Below, piece by piece: positions 1 to 9,197 of a stretch of DNA of 20,210 bases. The notes under the pieces were generated by a model. It had not been told where the DNA came from. It did not search any database and was given only the letters and a program-made list of their open reading frames with translations. Source of the DNA: Candidatus Hadarchaeales archaeon (GTDB taxonomy: Archaea > Hadarchaeota > Hadarchaeia > Hadarchaeales > Hadarchaeaceae). How positions within the stretch are numbered: the first letter of the stretch is position 1; each line of letters opens with the position of its first letter. The stretch is taken from positions 1 through 20,210 of the forward strand of contig JAWCKV010000015.1 of the NCBI GenBank assembly GCA_038851565.1, read 5' to 3'. Both the position numbers and the translations under genes were made by a program.

Positions 1-665
1 TCGAGGATGTGGAGTCCGGGATTCAGTTCCAGATGGTGGGGGTCAAACCCGAGGATACCTCTCTCATGGAGTTCTACTTCGGGAGCAGGGTCGCGCCGGG
101 AGGGTATGCCTGGTTTTTCCCTAAGGGGGAAGACACGGCAAACGTTGGGCTGGGCGTGCTGGGAAGCAGGGCGGAGCGCAGACCGATCGAGTACCTGAAG
201 GACTTCGTCAAAAAGATGGCCCACATAAGCTGCGGAAAGGTGGTCGAGATAAACGCCGGAGGGGTTCCTGTAAGCGGGCCGATCTCCCAGACTGTCAAGG
301 ATAACCTGCTCGTGGTCGGAGACGCGGCGAGGCAGGTGAACCCGCTCACCGGCGGAGGCATAGACTCTGCCATGCGCGCGGGCGCGATAGCTGGGGAGGT
401 TGCGGCCAAGGCCGTGAAGGAGGGAGACACATCCGAAAAGCGTCTCATGGAGTACCAGAAGAGGTGGAAGGCAGCAATAGGGGAAAGACTGGAGAAGTAC
501 CTGAAGGGCAAGGAAGTCCTGCTCAAGCTCTCGGACGAAGAACTCGATCAGCTCGCAAAGACCCTCAGCTCGGTGAAGTTCGACAGGATAAGCCTCACTG
601 ACATGCTCAGGGTCATAGTGCGGGCTCACCCAAAACTCCTCTGGAAGCTCAAAGGGCTCCTCTGA
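1..665 (+). CDS. Digeranylgeranylglycerophospholipid reductase / geranylgeranyl reductase family, C-terminal part (5' truncated by window)
   Basis: Motifs 'APGGYAWFFPKG', 'ANVGLG' and 'VVGDAARQVNPLTGGGI' typical of the archaeal GGR flavoprotein family; frame runs off the left edge. Confidence 0.9.
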   Translation, partial: EDVESGIQFQMVGVKPEDTSLMEFYFGSRVAPGGYAWFFPKGEDTANVGLGVLGSRAERRPIEYLKDFVKKMAHISCGKVVEINAGGVPVSGPISQTVKDNLLVVGDAARQVNPLTGGGIDSAMRAGAIAGEVAAKAVKEGDTSEKRLMEYQKRWKAAIGERLEKYLKGKEVLLKLSDEELDQLAKTLSSVKFDRISLTDMLRVIVRAHPKLLWKLKGLL

Positions 666-698
666 GAAGGCTGGCCGGGAGGCGGCCAGGGTGATCGC

Positions 699-1205
699 AT
701 GCAGAGGTCCGGTCACATCGGGGGGGCTATGCTGTTCTCGGCCATGCTCTCGGCGCAGCTTGGCCTTCTGAGGGCCCATGCCCTCATCCTGGCCCTCGCT
801 GCCTCCGCGGTCGCCACGTTTCCGGACGAGGACCTGAAATGGCACCTTCACCGGGGCTTCACGCACTCCCTGCTATTCCTGGCATTTGCCTCGGCCGCAT
901 TCGGTCTGCTCGGGTGCTTCCTGTGGACCATTTTGCCCTCTCAGCTTGGCTGTTCTGAGTGGTCGTGTCTCGTGTCATCCGTGGACCAGCTACACGTGTT
1001 CATCGCATGCTCCCTCCCAACACTGGTCGGAGGCGGCTCGCATCTCTTCTTTGACCTGATGACGAAGAGCGGAATACCCGTGCTCTGGCCCAGCGGCCGA
1101 AAATACGCCATGGGGCTGTTCAGGTCCTCCAACACACTGGCGAACTACGGACTTTTAGCGCTAGGAGCTCTCTTCCTGACCTCGATCCTGATGGGGCTTC
1201 CCTAG
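699..1205 (+). CDS. YdjM-like metal-dependent membrane hydrolase (LexA-binding inner-membrane-associated family)
   Basis: N-terminal His, 'FPDED', 'HRGFTHSLLF' and 'SHLFFDLMTKSGIPVLWP' motifs; several hydrophobic segments. Confidence 0.8.
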   Translation: MQRSGHIGGAMLFSAMLSAQLGLLRAHALILALAASAVATFPDEDLKWHLHRGFTHSLLFLAFASAAFGLLGCFLWTILPSQLGCSEWSCLVSSVDQLHVFIACSLPTLVGGGSHLFFDLMTKSGIPVLWPSGRKYAMGLFRSSNTLANYGLLALGALFLTSILMGLP

Positions 1206-2518
1206 GGCACGAGCCTGTTTCTGTCCCTGGGGAAGAGCACGCACTCCCTCACGTTGGATGCTCCGGTCAGCGCCATTGTGAGCCGGTCAAGGCCCAGGCC
1301 CCATCCGGCATGGGGCGGAAGCGCACCGTACCTGTAGTTCAGGAGATGATGTGAAAAGTTCTCGGGGTTCAGCCCCTTCTCCCTCAGCCCCTTTATCAGC
1401 ATGTCAGCCTGATGTATGCGCGTACCTCCAGAGGCGAGCTCAAGATCGCCGTACATGAGGTCAAAGGACTCGGATAGCCTCGGATCCTTCCTGTGCGGCA
1501 TCGTGTAGAAAGGCTTTATCGCGAGAGGCCAGTCCACTATGAAGTACGGTCCTGAAAATATCTCGCCGAGCTTTTTCTCGGCAGGCGTGGGAAGATCCTC
1601 TCCCCAGGGCACGTTGACCCCTGCGTCGGACAGAAGCTTCAGCGCCTCGTCGTATGTTATCCGCCTGAAGGGCTTCGAGGGAACATCCACCCTGTGGCCG
1701 AGCACCTCGAGTTCCCTCACGCACCTTTCCCTCACCCTACCGAACGCCCGGACCACCGCCTCCTCCAGAATCCTCATCACGTCGTCGGCAGTTGAATAAG
1801 CCGCCTCTATGTCCACCGATGTGGCCTCGTTCAGATGCCTCGGCGTGTCGTGCTCCTCGGCCCTGAAGATGGGCCCAACCTCGAAGACCCTGTCAAAGCA
1901 GCCCGTGAGGACCTCCTTGTACAGCTGAGGGCTCTGGCTCAGGAAGGCTTCCCTCTCGAAGTACGCGACCGGGAACAGCGCTGCGCCGCTCTCGGTGGCG
2001 GTGGCAACTATCTTTGGGGTCTGGACCTCCAGAAATCCCTCAGAGACCAGGTATTCCCTTATGGCCTGAAGCGCCTCGTGCCTTATCCTGAATATGGCCT
2101 GGCACTCCGGCCTCCGCAGGTCAAGCCCCCTTGCATCCAGCCTCGTGTCAAGGTTGGCCTTCACTCTTCCCATCGGGTCAAGCGGCAGGGGAACGGCGGC
2201 GAGGTTGAGTATCTTGAGCTCCGAGGGGATGACCTCGACGCCGCGCGGCGCCTGGGATGCAGCCACCACCCTCCCCCTCACGGCCACGGAGGACTCCTGC
2301 GTGAGCGAGTCTATGCGCGAGATCATCTCGCTCCCAACCTTTGCCTTTGGAGCGGTCACCTGCACGTATCCGGAGACATCAAACAGCGTGAAGAACTTTA
2401 TGCCGCCAAGATCCCTGACATCAACCACCCTGCCCATCAGTATGACCTCGCTTCCCACGAGCTCCCTTGTGATCTGGGAGCACATGTGGGTCCTCCTGAG
2501 CTCTCCCATGTCGTCCAC
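1202..2518 (-). CDS. aspS: Aspartate--tRNA ligase, archaeal type, probably non-discriminating (Asp/Asn)
   Basis: OB-fold 'RDLGGIKF', '[10 protein letters not shown]', motif 2 'FRAE', motif 3 '[13 protein letters not shown]', C-terminal 'LFPRD'; start may be GTG 2518 or ATG 2509. Confidence 0.95.
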   Translation of the reverse strand: MDDMGELRRTHMCSQITRELVGSEVILMGRVVDVRDLGGIKFFTLFDVSGYVQVTAPKAKVGSEMISRIDSLTQESSVAVRGRVVAASQAPRGVEVIPSELKILNLAAVPLPLDPMGRVKANLDTRLDARGLDLRRPECQAIFRIRHEALQAIREYLVSEGFLEVQTPKIVATATESGAALFPVAYFEREAFLSQSPQLYKEVLTGCFDRVFEVGPIFRAEEHDTPRHLNEATSVDIEAAYSTADDVMRILEEAVVRAFGRVRERCVRELEVLGHRVDVPSKPFRRITYDEALKLLSDAGVNVPWGEDLPTPAEKKLGEIFSGPYFIVDWPLAIKPFYTMPHRKDPRLSESFDLMYGDLELASGGTRIHQADMLIKGLREKGLNPENFSHHLLNYRYGALPPHAGWGLGLDRLTMALTGASNVRECVLFPRDRNRLVP

Positions 2519-2579
2519 AGGATCTCCCAGCTCAACTAGAGCTGATTCCGCTATAAAGCCTACAGACTGAAGAGCGCTG

Positions 2580-2598
2580 AAAAATAAAAAATAAAAAA
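2580..2598 (-). terminator. Oligo-T archaeal terminator downstream of albA
   Basis: Minus strand reads TTTTTTATTTTTTATTTTT about 18 nt after the albA stop codon. Confidence 0.6.
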
Positions 2599-2615
2599 GG
2601 GCGCGGAACGCTGCA

Positions 2616-2900
2616 TTACTTGCCCAGTGTTATCTCAATTGTGGACACGTTGACCGCGCCGCCTTCGCCCTGGACCTCCTCGGTCCCTATCGAAATGTTC
2701 CTTACCTGCAATCCCTGCAGAAAACGGTTCCTGACGATCTCCGCCACATCCACTGCCCTGCTGATGGCCTTACCACGTGCCTTCAGGGTGACCACTCCGG
2801 CACCCTCATTGAACTGCGTTATCGCTGCCAGCACATAGTTCATCACCGGTTTGTTGCCTACGAAAACCACGTTGTCGGCGCTCTTTTTTGCTTCAGCCAT
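2616..2900 (-). CDS. albA: DNA/RNA-binding protein Alba (94 aa)
   Basis: '[14 protein letters not shown]...[22 protein letters not shown]...VSTIEITL'; true start is ATG at 2900 after an AGGAGGG element, not the 3467 start in the ORF track. Confidence 0.95.
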   Translation of the reverse strand: MAEAKKSADNVVFVGNKPVMNYVLAAITQFNEGAGVVTLKARGKAISRAVDVAEIVRNRFLQGLQVRNISIGTEEVQGEGGAVNVSTIEITLGK

Positions 2901-3021
2901 GTTTTTGCCCTCCTTTTTTGTTTTTGTTGGTCGGTCTTTCTCGGTTCTAAGCCAATAAATACCTTCCGGTCTGGACCCCGTTAGGGTAAAGAGGGCGCGC
3001 GCATAAAATGGGCTGGATGCC

Positions 3022-3576
3022 ATGAGGATCAAGAACTTCCTTGTAACCGGCGCTCCTGGAAGCGGGAAAAGCTCCGTGATCGCCAGAACCGCGGATCTGC
3101 TGAGGTCCAGGGGACTCAGGCCCGGCGGCATAATATGCCCCGAGATCAGGGAGGGGGGAACCAGAATTGGCTTCAGGATGGAGGACATCTCAACCGGTGA
3201 GAAGGAAATTCTCGCACATGTGAATATCAGGGGCGGGCCCTCCATCGGGAAGTATGGGGTGAACATTGAGGGGCTGGACAGGATGAGCAGGGAAGCCATA
3301 GGGAAGGCCGTATCCGGCTCCGACTTCGTGATCATAGACGAAATAGGCCCGATGGAGGTGCTGAGCACGGAGTTCAGAAGGGCCGTTGCCGCTGCCCTAG
3401 ACTCTGAAAAACCGGTGATAGCAGCAGTGCACATGAGGACAGCCGGAGGGTTCATAGGCTCGGTCAAGTCAAGGAAGGACGCGAGGATAATTCAAGTGGA
3501 CAGGGAGAACCGCGACAGGCTTCCACACGAGCTCGCCGAGGCGGTTGAGCGGGCGATAAGGGGAGGGGAAACATGA
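3022..3576 (+). CDS. THEP1-family nucleoside triphosphatase (NTPase_1)
   Basis: Walker A 'GAPGSGKS', '[17 protein letters not shown]', 'GKYGVN', Walker B 'IIDEIGPME'. Confidence 0.9.
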   Translation: MRIKNFLVTGAPGSGKSSVIARTADLLRSRGLRPGGIICPEIREGGTRIGFRMEDISTGEKEILAHVNIRGGPSIGKYGVNIEGLDRMSREAIGKAVSGSDFVIIDEIGPMEVLSTEFRRAVAAALDSEKPVIAAVHMRTAGGFIGSVKSRKDARIIQVDRENRDRLPHELAEAVERAIRGGET

Positions 3577-4727
3577 CGGGAAAAATCGTTCTTGAAGGAA
3601 GCGTGAGAATCGAGGTCCCTGAACCTGAGGGGTACAGGACTCCCTCCGGCGACTACGCGCCATCCCTCTCGGAGGTCTTCTACAACCCCCACATGGAGCT
3701 CTGCAGGGACATATCGGTCTCGGTTGCACAGGTGATCGAGAGGGAGCTGGGAGAGCTCAGGGCCTGCGACCCGCTGGCAGGGGTGGGCGTGAGGGGGATA
3801 AGATACGCGGTGGAGGTGGAGGGTACCACGGAGGTGCTGATAAACGACAGGTCTGTGGCCGCGCAGAAATACATCTCCCGCAACCTGGAGCTCAATCCAA
3901 GCGCTGCAATCAGAAAGGAGAACGACGACGCAAATGTGGTGATGCTGAAAAACAGGGGAAGGTTCAACTTCATAGACATCGACCCCTTCGGATCCCCTGC
4001 CAGATTCATGGATGCCGCCTGCGCGGCTGTCTCCAGGCGAGGCATGATAGCGCTCACTGCCACGGATACCGGACCCCTGTGCGGCTCCCACCCGAGGACC
4101 TGCCTGAGGAGGTACGGAGCCAGGCCTATCCGCACGGAATACTGTCACGAGCTTGGCATACGGATCCTCATCGGCTTCTGCCAGAGGGTTGCTGGAAAGC
4201 ATGAGCTTGGACTTGAGCCCGTGCTTGTACACTCCACCCGCCACTACTTCAGGGTTTACCTGCGCGCGCGACGCGGCACCTCACTCGCGGACGCCTCCCT
4301 CAGAAAACAGGGCTATATCTCACACTGTTTTTCCTGCGGGAGGAGGTGGGTCTCCGAAGGCATGCTGAATATCTCAAGGTGCGAGTGCGGCAGTCCGCTG
4401 GAACACTCGGGGCCCCTCTGGACAGGCCCCCTCTGGGAGAGGGAGTTCCTGGAGAAGGTTATCTCAGACATCTCCTGGAGGAGCTTCAGGCTGCGAATGG
4501 AGGAGATGCGCATGCTCTTCCTCTGTCTGGAGGAATGCCACGGACCGCCAACTTTCTACGACATCAATGAGGTTGCCAGCATGGCGAGAACATCTCCTCC
4601 CAAGATGAAGAGGCTCCTTGAGCAGCTCAGGAGATGCGGAAGGTTCGCCTCCAGAACTCACTTTTCGCCAACTGGCTTCAGGACCGAGGCGGACATAGAA
4701 GAAATCACTCGGATGCTCAGGGACTAG
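3573..4727 (+). CDS. trm1: tRNA (guanine(26)-N2)-dimethyltransferase Trm1
   Basis: 'VFYNPHMELCRDIS', 'GVRGIRY', 'IDIDPFGSP', 'HELGIRILIG', Zn motif, 'GPLWTGPL', 'SRTHFSPTGFRT'; ATGA overlap with the upstream NTPase. Confidence 0.95.
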   Translation: MTGKIVLEGSVRIEVPEPEGYRTPSGDYAPSLSEVFYNPHMELCRDISVSVAQVIERELGELRACDPLAGVGVRGIRYAVEVEGTTEVLINDRSVAAQKYISRNLELNPSAAIRKENDDANVVMLKNRGRFNFIDIDPFGSPARFMDAACAAVSRRGMIALTATDTGPLCGSHPRTCLRRYGARPIRTEYCHELGIRILIGFCQRVAGKHELGLEPVLVHSTRHYFRVYLRARRGTSLADASLRKQGYISHCFSCGRRWVSEGMLNISRCECGSPLEHSGPLWTGPLWEREFLEKVISDISWRSFRLRMEEMRMLFLCLEECHGPPTFYDINEVASMARTSPPKMKRLLEQLRRCGRFASRTHFSPTGFRTEADIEEITRMLRD

Positions 4728-5334
4728 GTGCGCCCCGAAACCCCATGGCCACGACGTATATCTCAGCGCTGCCCGCCCTAGAAGCTGCTGGCTTTGAGGC
4801 CTTCACGAACTCAAACATGTCCCTGACCTTGCTGATAAAATCGTTGAACTCCTTCCCCTGAAAAACCTTGACCACGAAGTTCCCCCCTGGCCTCAGCAGG
4901 GCTCCGGCGCAGGAGAGCGCTGACCTGGAAAGATCGATGGACCTGAGATGATCGACCTCCCATACCCCAGATATCCTGGGGGAGAGGTCCGAGAGCACCA
5001 CATCGACATTACGGGGGAGGGTTTTCCTGATGAGCTCAAACGTGGATGGGTCCCTTATGTCTCCACGTATGAAAGCCACGTTTTTGCCGGGAAGGCTTTC
5101 CATGTCCTGGACATCAACAGCCAGCACGAAGCCCGCTGGCCCCACCTTTCTAGAGGCTATCTGCGTCCATCCCCCCGGCGCTGCTCCGAGATCCACAACC
5201 ACATCCCCTTTTCGCATTATGCCGTACCTCTCGTCGAGCTGCCTGAGCTTGAAGGCCGCCCTGCTCCTGAATCCCATCTCCTTTGCCATCCTGTAGTAAG
5301 AGTCTGCTGTCGTGCCTCTCCTAGCCCTGCCCAT
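4717..5334 (-). CDS. rlmE: 23S rRNA (uridine-2'-O)-methyltransferase RlmE/FtsJ
   Basis: 'GFRSRAAFKL', 'VVDLGAAPGGWTQ', 'VVLSD', 'FVVKVFQG', 'KPAASRAGSAEIY' (K-D-K-E tetrad). Confidence 0.95.
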   Translation of the reverse strand: MGRARRGTTADSYYRMAKEMGFRSRAAFKLRQLDERYGIMRKGDVVVDLGAAPGGWTQIASRKVGPAGFVLAVDVQDMESLPGKNVAFIRGDIRDPSTFELIRKTLPRNVDVVLSDLSPRISGVWEVDHLRSIDLSRSALSCAGALLRPGGNFVVKVFQGKEFNDFISKVRDMFEFVKASKPAASRAGSAEIYVVAMGFRGAPSP

Positions 5335-5749
5335 TGATGATCCTCCCCGGGCTCAACCCGGCCTCCCTGAACGCCCTTTTGACTGCCGAAAGCAGGAGAT
5401 TCCGATCTGGATGATAAAAGAGATGGCCTGGACATCTGCAGTCGCTCGATCCGAACCCCCTCACGCCCTTCAGCTCTCTCGCCAGATGCCCCGCGACCTC
5501 ACACTCCTTTCTCTGCTCGGATTCTGCGGCGACAACGTCTACCGCGCGGGCATGAAGCATCAGGTGATCGATGTGCCAGTACACCTTCTTATCCGTGCTG
5601 AGGTGTCTGCTCACCCTGCGCTCTATTCCTCCCAGTGCTGATCCCAGATAGGCGTAGTAACCCGCACCGAACTCAACCCTTCCGAGCTCCCCCACGGCCA
5701 GAGAAATGTCGTAGGGAACATAGAGCAGTATGGCGTAGGTTCCTCGCAT
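5321..5749 (-). CDS. DUF123 / Uri-superfamily GIY-YIG-like nuclease
   Basis: 'GTYAI', 'GYYAYLGSA', 'RVSRH', 'YWHIDHL', 'ECEVA', 'GFGSSDCRCPGHLF'. Confidence 0.85.
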   Translation of the reverse strand: MRGTYAILLYVPYDISLAVGELGRVEFGAGYYAYLGSALGGIERRVSRHLSTDKKVYWHIDHLMLHARAVDVVAAESEQRKECEVAGHLARELKGVRGFGSSDCRCPGHLFYHPDRNLLLSAVKRAFREAGLSPGRIINGQG

Positions 5750-5758
5750 CCGCCCCTC

Positions 5759-6226
5759 TTACCTCAACGTCTTCTCCTGGGTGGCGCTCTCTCCAGGGGA
5801 CTCCTCAACCACCACGGTGATCTTCCTTACGTTCGCATATCCCGAAAGCCCCTTTGCCACCTCTTCCGATATGACCCTTGCGAGCTCCTCCACAGTGGTG
5901 TTGACCGCTGGTATCCATACCACATCCCCCTCAGGAAACTCAAAGACCCTGCCGTGGACCGATATCCTCACGCTGCCTGTTCTGGAGATCACGGTCAGCG
6001 CGCTGTTCATGGAAGGAAGCAGCACCCGGTGGTCGTAGGCCTCGCACATCTCCCTGACCATCCTCTTCAGCTCCAGAAAGTCCACCACCAGCCCTCTCTC
6101 ATCCGGCTCGCCCTCAACGGTGACGCCAACCTTCCAGTTATGCCCGTGGAGGTGCTCGCACCTCTGGTGTCCTACGATGAAGTGAGCACCCGAGAAGCCC
6201 AGCCCTTCCCTGAGGTCTATCCTCAT
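5759..6226 (-). CDS. queD: 6-carboxy-5,6,7,8-tetrahydropterin synthase QueD
   Basis: 'FSGAHF...CEHLHGHNW', 'GLVVDF', 'DHRVL', 'TTVEELA', 'VEESP'; start ATG 6226 overlaps the queE stop (TGATG). Confidence 0.85.
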   Translation of the reverse strand: MRIDLREGLGFSGAHFIVGHQRCEHLHGHNWKVGVTVEGEPDERGLVVDFLELKRMVREMCEAYDHRVLLPSMNSALTVISRTGSVRISVHGRVFEFPEGDVVWIPAVNTTVEELARVISEEVAKGLSGYANVRKITVVVEESPGESATQEKTLR

Positions 6227-6996
6227 CAGAGCACACCCATCAACCTGTGCACCTGGGGGATTATTGCCGTTTCCCTTATTCCGGACCGCGACGCCATCTC
6301 CGAGATCCTGCATATCCTCTCGAATGAAGGCGGCCTCACCCTCCCCCTTCCCGTGACCGGCTGGAGGACGAGCGGGACCCCCAAGGGTGCAAGCCGGTGA
6401 AAAACTCTATTGAGGGCAGATTCACCTGTTGAGCTCATTATGACCATCTTCGCAAAAACATCGACCGATCCCCCCGCCGCCAGCTCGATACACCTCAGCT
6501 CCTCCCCCAATATCTCTGCCCACTTCACACGGGGAACCGCAAGGTGGTCGGGCATCTTTATGTCCACGGATGCGATGTCTATATACGGCAGCACCCTCTC
6601 CATCGCGGTGCTAGAGCAACCGTTGGTCTCCAGATACGTTCTGAACCCATTCTCCCTGCATGCCCTCGCGAGTTCAACAAGGAATTCACCGGACAGAAGT
6701 GGCTCGCCGCCCGTCAGGGAAACGCTGTGGATGTCAGGGGTCCATAGTTTTTTCAGGTGCCCGATTGTCTCATCCGCTGAAAGGGGGTTTGAAACCCTCC
6801 TGAACCTGCCTGAGCCCGGCGAGATCTCCACTCTGCAATAAGGAGGACTGAAACTCCTGAAGTCCCTGGAGTCACAGTAAACGCAGCTCCATGAGCAGCC
6901 GGCCAGCCTCACAAATAGCTGCCTCCTGCCGACGTAGAGCCCCTCTCCCTGAATGGAGCTGAATATCTCGCCAATGTGCCACTCGGCCATTACCAC
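6226..6996 (-). CDS. queE: 7-carboxy-7-deazaguanine synthase QueE (radical SAM)
   Basis: 'EIFSSIQGEG', 'FVRLAGCSWSCVYCDS' (CxxxCxxC), 'SLTGGEPLL', 'YLETNG', 'LVLQP', 'IPQVHR'; start GTG 6996 or ATG 6990. Confidence 0.9.
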   Translation of the reverse strand: MVMAEWHIGEIFSSIQGEGLYVGRRQLFVRLAGCSWSCVYCDSRDFRSFSPPYCRVEISPGSGRFRRVSNPLSADETIGHLKKLWTPDIHSVSLTGGEPLLSGEFLVELARACRENGFRTYLETNGCSSTAMERVLPYIDIASVDIKMPDHLAVPRVKWAEILGEELRCIELAAGGSVDVFAKMVIMSSTGESALNRVFHRLAPLGVPLVLQPVTGRGRVRPPSFERICRISEMASRSGIRETAIIPQVHRLMGVL

Positions 6997-7076
6997 ACCA
7001 AAAAATCATGGACTCGCGAGGTAAAAACTGAGGGTTACGCCTTTATATCCCTTAACCGTAAAATGAACTGGATCGG

Positions 7077-7367
7077 ATGCCTTCCGTCGAGGAATTCAAG
7101 CGCGCTTGGAGGGAAATGGAAATAGAGGAGGCGAAGAGGGATTTCATCGCGCACCTTGCTGCATATCTCATAGTAAACATCTTTATCGCCGTCTTCAACC
7201 TGATTACCTCGCCGGGGGTTCTGTGGTTTCACTGGCTAGTCTTGGGATGGGGAGTAGGCCTGGCCTTCCACTTTGTCTTCTCAAGGGAGAGATTTGTCGC
7301 CCACCAGTGGGAAACCAAGGCCGGAAGGGTTGAGATCCGGGCATCAGGAAAATTGAAAAGAAAGTAG
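7077..7367 (+). CDS. Stand-alone 2TM-domain membrane protein
   Basis: 'FIAHLAAYLIVNIFIAVFNL...WFHWLVLGWGVGLAFH' matches the 2TM (PF13239) pattern; TTTATA at about 7042-7047 upstream. Confidence 0.8.
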   Translation: MPSVEEFKRAWREMEIEEAKRDFIAHLAAYLIVNIFIAVFNLITSPGVLWFHWLVLGWGVGLAFHFVFSRERFVAHQWETKAGRVEIRASGKLKRK

Positions 7368-7430
7368 ATCTGAAACTGAATCAGCACAGCTCGGCATCAC
7401 CGGCGCTGTCTCCAGCTTCTGCATTGAAGG

Positions 7431-7509
7431 TGGAGCCCCGGGCGGGAGTTGAACCCGCGACCTCGCGCTTACCAAGCGCGCGCTCTGACCGAGACTGAGC
7501 TACCGAGGC
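7431..7509 (-). tRNA. tRNA-Thr(GGT), CCA encoded
   Basis: Reverse complement folds as acceptor GCCTCGG/CCGGGGC, anticodon arm CGCGC-TTGGTAA-GCGCG, T arm GCGGG-TTCAACT-CCCGC, ending TCCA. Confidence 0.95.
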
Positions 7510-7595
7510 ACCAACTGAACATTATACTAATTACTGAAAAACTGTTTGGAGGGACAGGAATATAACCGGATATGCTCATCTGGAATTGGGGTTTG

Positions 7596-8381
7596 ATGAG
7601 GATAGGGATAATCGGGGCTGGACACATGGGATCTGCCCTGGCACGAGGACTGCTCAGAGCAGGAATCAGGGGAAACGACATAACGATAAGCGATCCTGAT
7701 GGGAGGAAGCTGAAGCCGCTTGCTGAGCTTGGCATCAGGACCTCACCTGACAACAAAATGACCGTGAGGACATCAGATGTCGTATTTTTGGCCGTGAAAC
7801 CGAACACGGTCAAGAAGGTGCTTAAGGAGGCGGGGAGGGAGTTAAAAAACGTTCTCCTGGTCTCCCTCGCGGCCGGGGTGACAACTGAGCTCATTGAGAA
7901 GGAATGCGACGCTAGGGTCGTAAAGGCGATGCCGAACCTCGCAGCGGAGGTGGGGGAGATGGCATCGTGCTACTGCCTGGGGAGGAGAGCCACCCCGGAG
8001 GATGAGGAGCTGGTGCGGTCCATTCTCGGCTCAATGGGAATTACGTTCAGGGTGGATGAACCTCTCATGAACGCTGTCACAGGACTGAGCGGCAGCGGGC
8101 CCGCCTACTTTTACCTGATCATAAAGGCGATGCGAGATGCGGGGGTTGAGCTCGGCCTTCCTGAGGAAACTGCGCTGAAGCTGGCAGCACAGACCGCGAA
8201 GGGTGCCGGGGCGATGGTCCTGGCCAAGGGCAGGAAACCGGAGGAGCTGATAGACGAGGTCTGCACACCGGGGGGAACCACCGCCGAGGGCATATCGGTG
8301 CTCAGAAAAAGAAGGATAGAAAACGCGGTGAAGGAGGCCGTGAAGGCTGCGGCAAGGCGGGCCCGGGAGCTATCCGGATAG
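7596..8381 (+). CDS. proC: Pyrroline-5-carboxylate reductase
   Basis: 'IGIIGAGHMGSAL', 'FLAVKP', 'VSLAAG', 'AMPN', 'TGLSGSGPAYFY', 'VCTPGGTTAEG'; start moved to ATG 7596. Confidence 0.95.
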   Translation: MRIGIIGAGHMGSALARGLLRAGIRGNDITISDPDGRKLKPLAELGIRTSPDNKMTVRTSDVVFLAVKPNTVKKVLKEAGRELKNVLLVSLAAGVTTELIEKECDARVVKAMPNLAAEVGEMASCYCLGRRATPEDEELVRSILGSMGITFRVDEPLMNAVTGLSGSGPAYFYLIIKAMRDAGVELGLPEETALKLAAQTAKGAGAMVLAKGRKPEELIDEVCTPGGTTAEGISVLRKRRIENAVKEAVKAAARRARELSG

Positions 8382-9017
8382 GCCCATCGCTTTCTCTATT
8401 TCCTCCCGTCCCACCGGTCCCTTCCTCAATATCCTGAAGGGCTTCACCGTGAGGTCAACCACTGTGGATGGGATTCCCCCTTCACATCTCCCGGCATCGA
8501 GAGCCAGATCGACTCTGTCCCCTATCTGCTCCAGCGCATCATCAACCGTGAGGGGAGGAGGATTCCCTGAAACGTTGGCCGACGTTGATGTTATCGGAAA
8601 TCCAGCTGCCTCTATCAGGCTCAAGGCGACTTTTTGTGCTGGAACCCTGATGCCGATGGTGCCCGACCTTGACACAATCTGCCTTGATAAACCTCCTTTG
8701 GCCTTCAGAACTATCGTGAGCGGTCCGGGAAGCAGCTTTAGTATCCCCCTCGCCTCCGGAGGCAGGTGCGCGAATTTCTCAACCAGCCCGGCCGAGGAAA
8801 GAGCTATGGACATCGGAGAGTCGAATTTTCTTCCTTTGGCATCAAACACCTTCCTCACCGCCGTGTCCGAGCGTGCGTCTCCGCCCAAACCGTAAACAGT
8901 TTCCGTCGGGTAAATGACCAGCCCCCCGCTCCTCAGCACTCCAGCTGCCTCCAATATCGCCCCTCTATCCTTACCAGAGCCCAGCCTGAGCACCCTCACC
9001 ACATTGCCACCATTCAC
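8370..9017 (-). CDS. tsaC: L-threonylcarbamoyladenylate synthase, single YrdC domain (TsaC type, no SUA5 C-terminal domain)
   Basis: 'YPTETVYGLG', 'KGR', 'PGPLTIVL', 'IGIRVP', 'TSTSANVSG', 'PSTVVD', 'ILRKG'. Confidence 0.9.
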   Translation of the reverse strand: MNGGNVVRVLRLGSGKDRGAILEAAGVLRSGGLVIYPTETVYGLGGDARSDTAVRKVFDAKGRKFDSPMSIALSSAGLVEKFAHLPPEARGILKLLPGPLTIVLKAKGGLSRQIVSRSGTIGIRVPAQKVALSLIEAAGFPITSTSANVSGNPPPLTVDDALEQIGDRVDLALDAGRCEGGIPSTVVDLTVKPFRILRKGPVGREEIEKAMGLSG

Positions 9018-9197
9018 CCATCATTCGCTGCTCTTTTATCCTCGCTGTCAGGGCTCCGTCCAAGGCGGGGATGAGTGACGGGAGGTGCACGGCTCGGCCT
9101 GTGACTGAAAATACGAGAATTCATGGTGCCAAGATTTGTCCGTTGAAGCGGGAAAAGGGATATTTAAGATGCCGGGGAAAGAAATTTGAGGAGACCG

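Noticed and set aside
2616..3467. 283-aa ORF appearing as an N-terminally extended Alba
   Set aside because: The extension is mostly the antisense shadow of the NTPase gene. Alba homology starts at ATG 2900, which has its own ribosome-binding-like element.
3492..4244. Long alternative ORFs (e.g. 3492-4244 minus, 1835-2539 plus, 17041-17595 plus, 17820-18383 plus)
   Set aside because: They are antisense shadows of well-supported genes in GC-rich DNA and have no recognisable motifs.
5759..6313. N-terminally extended QueD (184 aa)
   Set aside because: The extension overlaps the queE 3' end. ATG 6226 in a TGATG junction gives a normal QueD N-terminus.
5321..6996. queDE plus nuclease as a dpd-type 7-deazaguanine DNA modification/restriction island
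   Set aside because: No dpdA/TGT-like or other dpd genes are present, and the context is housekeeping. Archaeosine precursor synthesis is the simpler explanation.
1202..8381. Short convergent 3' overlaps (1202-1205, 4717-4727, 8370-8381)
   Set aside because: These are common in compact archaeal genomes, with no evidence of a special regulatory role.
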